DNA of 62,703 bases, the filler included, from an uncultured bacterium (lineage in GTDB: Bacteria > DAOPZR01), in the NCBI GenBank assembly GCA_964637655.1. It is 13 parts of 13 records of this genome, joined end to end, with 100 filler letters (N's around TTAATTAATTAA, not from the genome) between each part and the next. Parts side by side here need not be neighbours in the genome. Positions count along the whole stretch, not along the records: positions 58,176 to 62,703 come from CAZWUZ010000296.1; 12 more parts are not named here. The stretch is one strand, 5' to 3'. Each line of letters opens with the position of its first letter. The stretch's first letter is position 1. The notes under the pieces are model-generated. The model was not told the DNA's origin, ran no database searches, and was given only the letters and a program-made list of their open reading frames with translations. The position numbers were made by a program, and so were the translations under genes. Positions 60,293 to 62,703 of the stretch are shown here, piece after piece.

Positions 60293-60889
60293 CTACAGCA
60301 GGTACTTGACCGCGACGAAACCGCCGATGAGCAGCGCGACAAAGAGCAGCGAGAGCAGGTTGAAGTACTTGTCGATGAAGGCCTTCATCGGGGCGCCGAA
60401 CTTCCACAGCAGCGCGCTGACGATGAAAAAACGCGCCGAGCGGCTGACCGCCGAGGCAATGACAAACACCGGAAAATTGATGGCGAACACGCCGCCGGCC
60501 ACGGTGAAAAGCTTGTAGGGGATGGGGCTGAACCCGGCGGCAAAGACCGCCCAGAAGTTGTATTTTTCGTAGATACCCTGGATCTTGACAAAATTCTCCG
60601 GAGTGAAGGCGGGCACATGCCATGCCGCCAGCGTCTGCCACACCGGGGGACCGAACGTGGCGCCCAGCCAGTAACCGAACATGCCGCCCAGTACCGAACC
60701 GGCACTGCAGACCAGCGCGAAACGGAACGCCTTGTCGGGGCGCCCGATGACGAGCGCGATGAGCAGCACGTCGGGAGGGATGGGGAAGAACGACGACTCG
60801 GCAAAGGAGAGAAGGAAGAGAGCGGGTATCCCGTAGGGGGTGTCGGCCCAGTGCAGGACCCAGTCATAGAGCCGTCGCAGCAGTTTCAT
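60293..60889 (-). CDS. YqaA/DedA (VTT) family membrane protein
   Basis: LSFAESSFFPIPPD, GSVLGG, AGFSPIPYKLFT, SRSARF. Confidence 0.9.
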   Translation of the reverse strand: MKLLRRLYDWVLHWADTPYGIPALFLLSFAESSFFPIPPDVLLIALVIGRPDKAFRFALVCSAGSVLGGMFGYWLGATFGPPVWQTLAAWHVPAFTPENFVKIQGIYEKYNFWAVFAAGFSPIPYKLFTVAGGVFAINFPVFVIASAVSRSARFFIVSALLWKFGAPMKAFIDKYFNLLSLLFVALLIGGFVAVKYLL

Positions 60890-60951
60890 GGCATGCTCCA
60901 CAGCAGCAGGATGGCGGTACTATAGCATCAGCGCCGTGCCGCGGGCAAGGG

Positions 60952-62703
60952 TTACGGGACGCTGGAAGCGCCGATCTGTCCGTAATTGGAATATATGTAG
61001 GAGAGATCCGAACTGGTGACGGTGCTGCTGCTGTCGAGGTCGGCGACGCTGTTGCTGCTGCCGAGCGCACCGCGGATGTAGGAGGCATCGAGAATGTCGA
61101 TGCGGTTGTCGCGGTTGACGTCGCCCGCCGGCTGCTCGGGGAGTGTGCCGAGATCGGTGCCGCTGCCGCTGACCACCACGCCGTTGACCCGCGTGGCGAG
61201 ATGGTGCGGCCCGACGATATAGAGGTAGTAGGTGCCGTCGGATGCGGTCAGCGAGAAAAAGCCCGTGTCGCTCGTCACGGTGTATGAGTCGACGAGTGCC
61301 CCGCCCAGATCGTAGAGGTAGAGACGGGTGCCGCTGTCGAGCGGCGCCGCCTGCAGCGGAGCCGTCCCGGTGATGCTGTAGGCGGCGAGCGACACGGTGA
61401 GGATGTTGCCGGTGAGCGCAGCGAGCGGCCCGGTTTCGGCCCGTACCGCGCCGATCGTGACGGCGGTGACCCGTACCTGGAAGGTTTCGCCAAGAACTGC
61501 ACTGCTGTCGACGTCTACCGTGACGAGGAAGGCGGTACCCGCGCCGGCGAGCGCGGCGCTGTCGGCGGCGGGAATAAAGGCCGACCAGGTGCTGCCGCTG
61601 CGTTGCAGCGCGGCGACGAAGGTGTCGAGCGCGTCGTGGCTGCCGCTGGCGTTCTCATCGCGCCACAGGCGCACGGCGGTGCAGGCGGTGTCGCTGCCCG
61701 CATCGCTGAGGTTGGTCAGTGCGAAGTGCGTGAGCGTGTCTCCTTGCGCGTGGCCGGTGATGGTGACGGCCAGCGCGCGGGCGTCGGTTGCGCCCGGGGC
61801 TACCCCGGCGGCGGCAACTGTCACCAGCGTGTCCACCTGCACGGTGTAAACGGTCGGTCCGATAAGCAGCGGTTCGGTGTCGCTGAAACTGTTTTGCGGG
61901 TTGGCGGTGGTCAGCACCCAGTCATAAACGTTGCGGTCGCTGTCATGGGCGTTGCCGGCGCGCGAATCGCTTCCCGACATGGTCGCGGCGGTCGAGGTGT
62001 CCGCCGCCTTGCGCTCCATAACCTCGTTGGTACTGGCCGCAGCCGGGGCACGGGTATTCCCCTCGCCCCAGCCGGCGGTGCCGCCGCCGACAAGGTCAAT
62101 GATGACGTTGCTACTGTTGCGCAGGGTGACATGTAGTTTCGCATCATCCATGGCGATGCTGTTGTTGTAGTAATTTGGCACCACCCCGAAATTGATCAGC
62201 GTGGTATCGCCGCCGATGAGGAAGAACCCCCGTGCCGGCACCGAGTCATGGGTGCCGAATGTGGCCAGCGTGGTGCTCGGATTGTTGGTATACGGGTTGT
62301 TGGCGCTGGAATGGTACTGTAGTTTCCACCCGGTGAGCGAAACGGGGGAACCGGTCGGGTTATAGAGTTCGACGTATTCCGCGCCCGCATCAGTACCGGC
62401 GGGGTTGCCCTCTATTTCGCTGATAAGCACAGCATGCAACGTGGTGAACTGGTACATGCTGTTGGTGGCGGCGCTGAGGGCGGGACCGCTGTCGGCGCCC
62501 GATGACTGCAGTCCCAAGAGCGGTACCTGCAGCATGACCGAGTCGCCGATGACCGGCGAGGCGGTGGCGCAGGCGGTGACGAGCAACGTGGCGCCCGACG
62601 CCGACATCGGCCACGATATCGCGGCGCTCCAGATGCCGATGGCCGCGGGGGTCAGTGTGGCGATGAAGGTGTCGCCGCTGCCGAGCTCGCCGACCGTGTC
62701 GGC
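60952..62703 (-). CDS. Large secreted protein with lamin-tail domain and C-terminal dockerin-like domain (5' truncated)
   Basis: VLISEI...EYVELYNPT...LTGWKL (LTD); GDVNRDNRIDILD...ADLDSSSTVTSSDL (dockerin-like duplicated Ca-binding motif). Confidence 0.8.
   Translation of the reverse strand, partial: ADTVGELGSGDTFIATLTPAAIGIWSAAISWPMSASGATLLVTACATASPVIGDSVMLQVPLLGLQSSGADSGPALSAATNSMYQFTTLHAVLISEIEGNPAGTDAGAEYVELYNPTGSPVSLTGWKLQYHSSANNPYTNNPSTTLATFGTHDSVPARGFFLIGGDTTLINFGVVPNYYNNSIAMDDAKLHVTLRNSSNVIIDLVGGGTAGWGEGNTRAPAAASTNEVMERKAADTSTAATMSGSDSRAGNAHDSDRNVYDWVLTTANPQNSFSDTEPLLIGPTVYTVQVDTLVTVAAAGVAPGATDARALAVTITGHAQGDTLTHFALTNLSDAGSDTACTAVRLWRDENASGSHDALDTFVAALQRSGSTWSAFIPAADSAALAGAGTAFLVTVDVDSSAVLGETFQVRVTAVTIGAVRAETGPLAALTGNILTVSLAAYSITGTAPLQAAPLDSGTRLYLYDLGGALVDSYTVTSDTGFFSLTASDGTYYLYIVGPHHLATRVNGVVVSGSGTDLGTLPEQPAGDVNRDNRIDILDASYIRGALGSSNSVADLDSSSTVTSSDLSYIYSNYGQIGASSVP

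Overview
This is not contiguous genome. It is 13 short contigs (about 4.9 down to 4.5 kb, in decreasing size order) joined by 12 artificial 100-bp linkers (N-run, TTAATTAATTAA, N-run), so gene adjacency means something only within a contig. The DNA is GC-rich and bacterial. Housekeeping genes: secA 5' end, ogt, an ABC-F ATPase, ndk, proB, ylxM-ffh-rpsP-trmD-rplS-rnhB, and radA-yacL-ispD-ispF-aroK-aroQ-Xaa-Pro peptidase. Other genes: several glycosyltransferase/methyltransferase clusters, an arsenic-resistance/thiol-redox operon (acr3, arsC, arsM), a HoxF-type NuoE+NuoF diaphorase behind a Rex-like operator, and an LTD+dockerin-like surface protein. I saw no rRNA, tRNA, CRISPR array or transposase. 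Main points of interest: (1) several families of non-coding palindromic elements, including a dispersed family with 9-mer-repeat inverted arms on three contigs, a mosaic hub of five repeat types at 12.8-13.4 kb, and a 187-bp element with perfect 28-bp terminal inverted repeats; (2) a membrane-anchored TPR-Mrr-like protein with a degenerate active site between ogt and secA; (3) a helix-turn-helix-like insertion in TrmD; (4) seven promoters positioned for leaderless mRNAs; (5) an extra methyltransferase inside the ars operon. All family assignments come from motif recognition by eye, not database searches.
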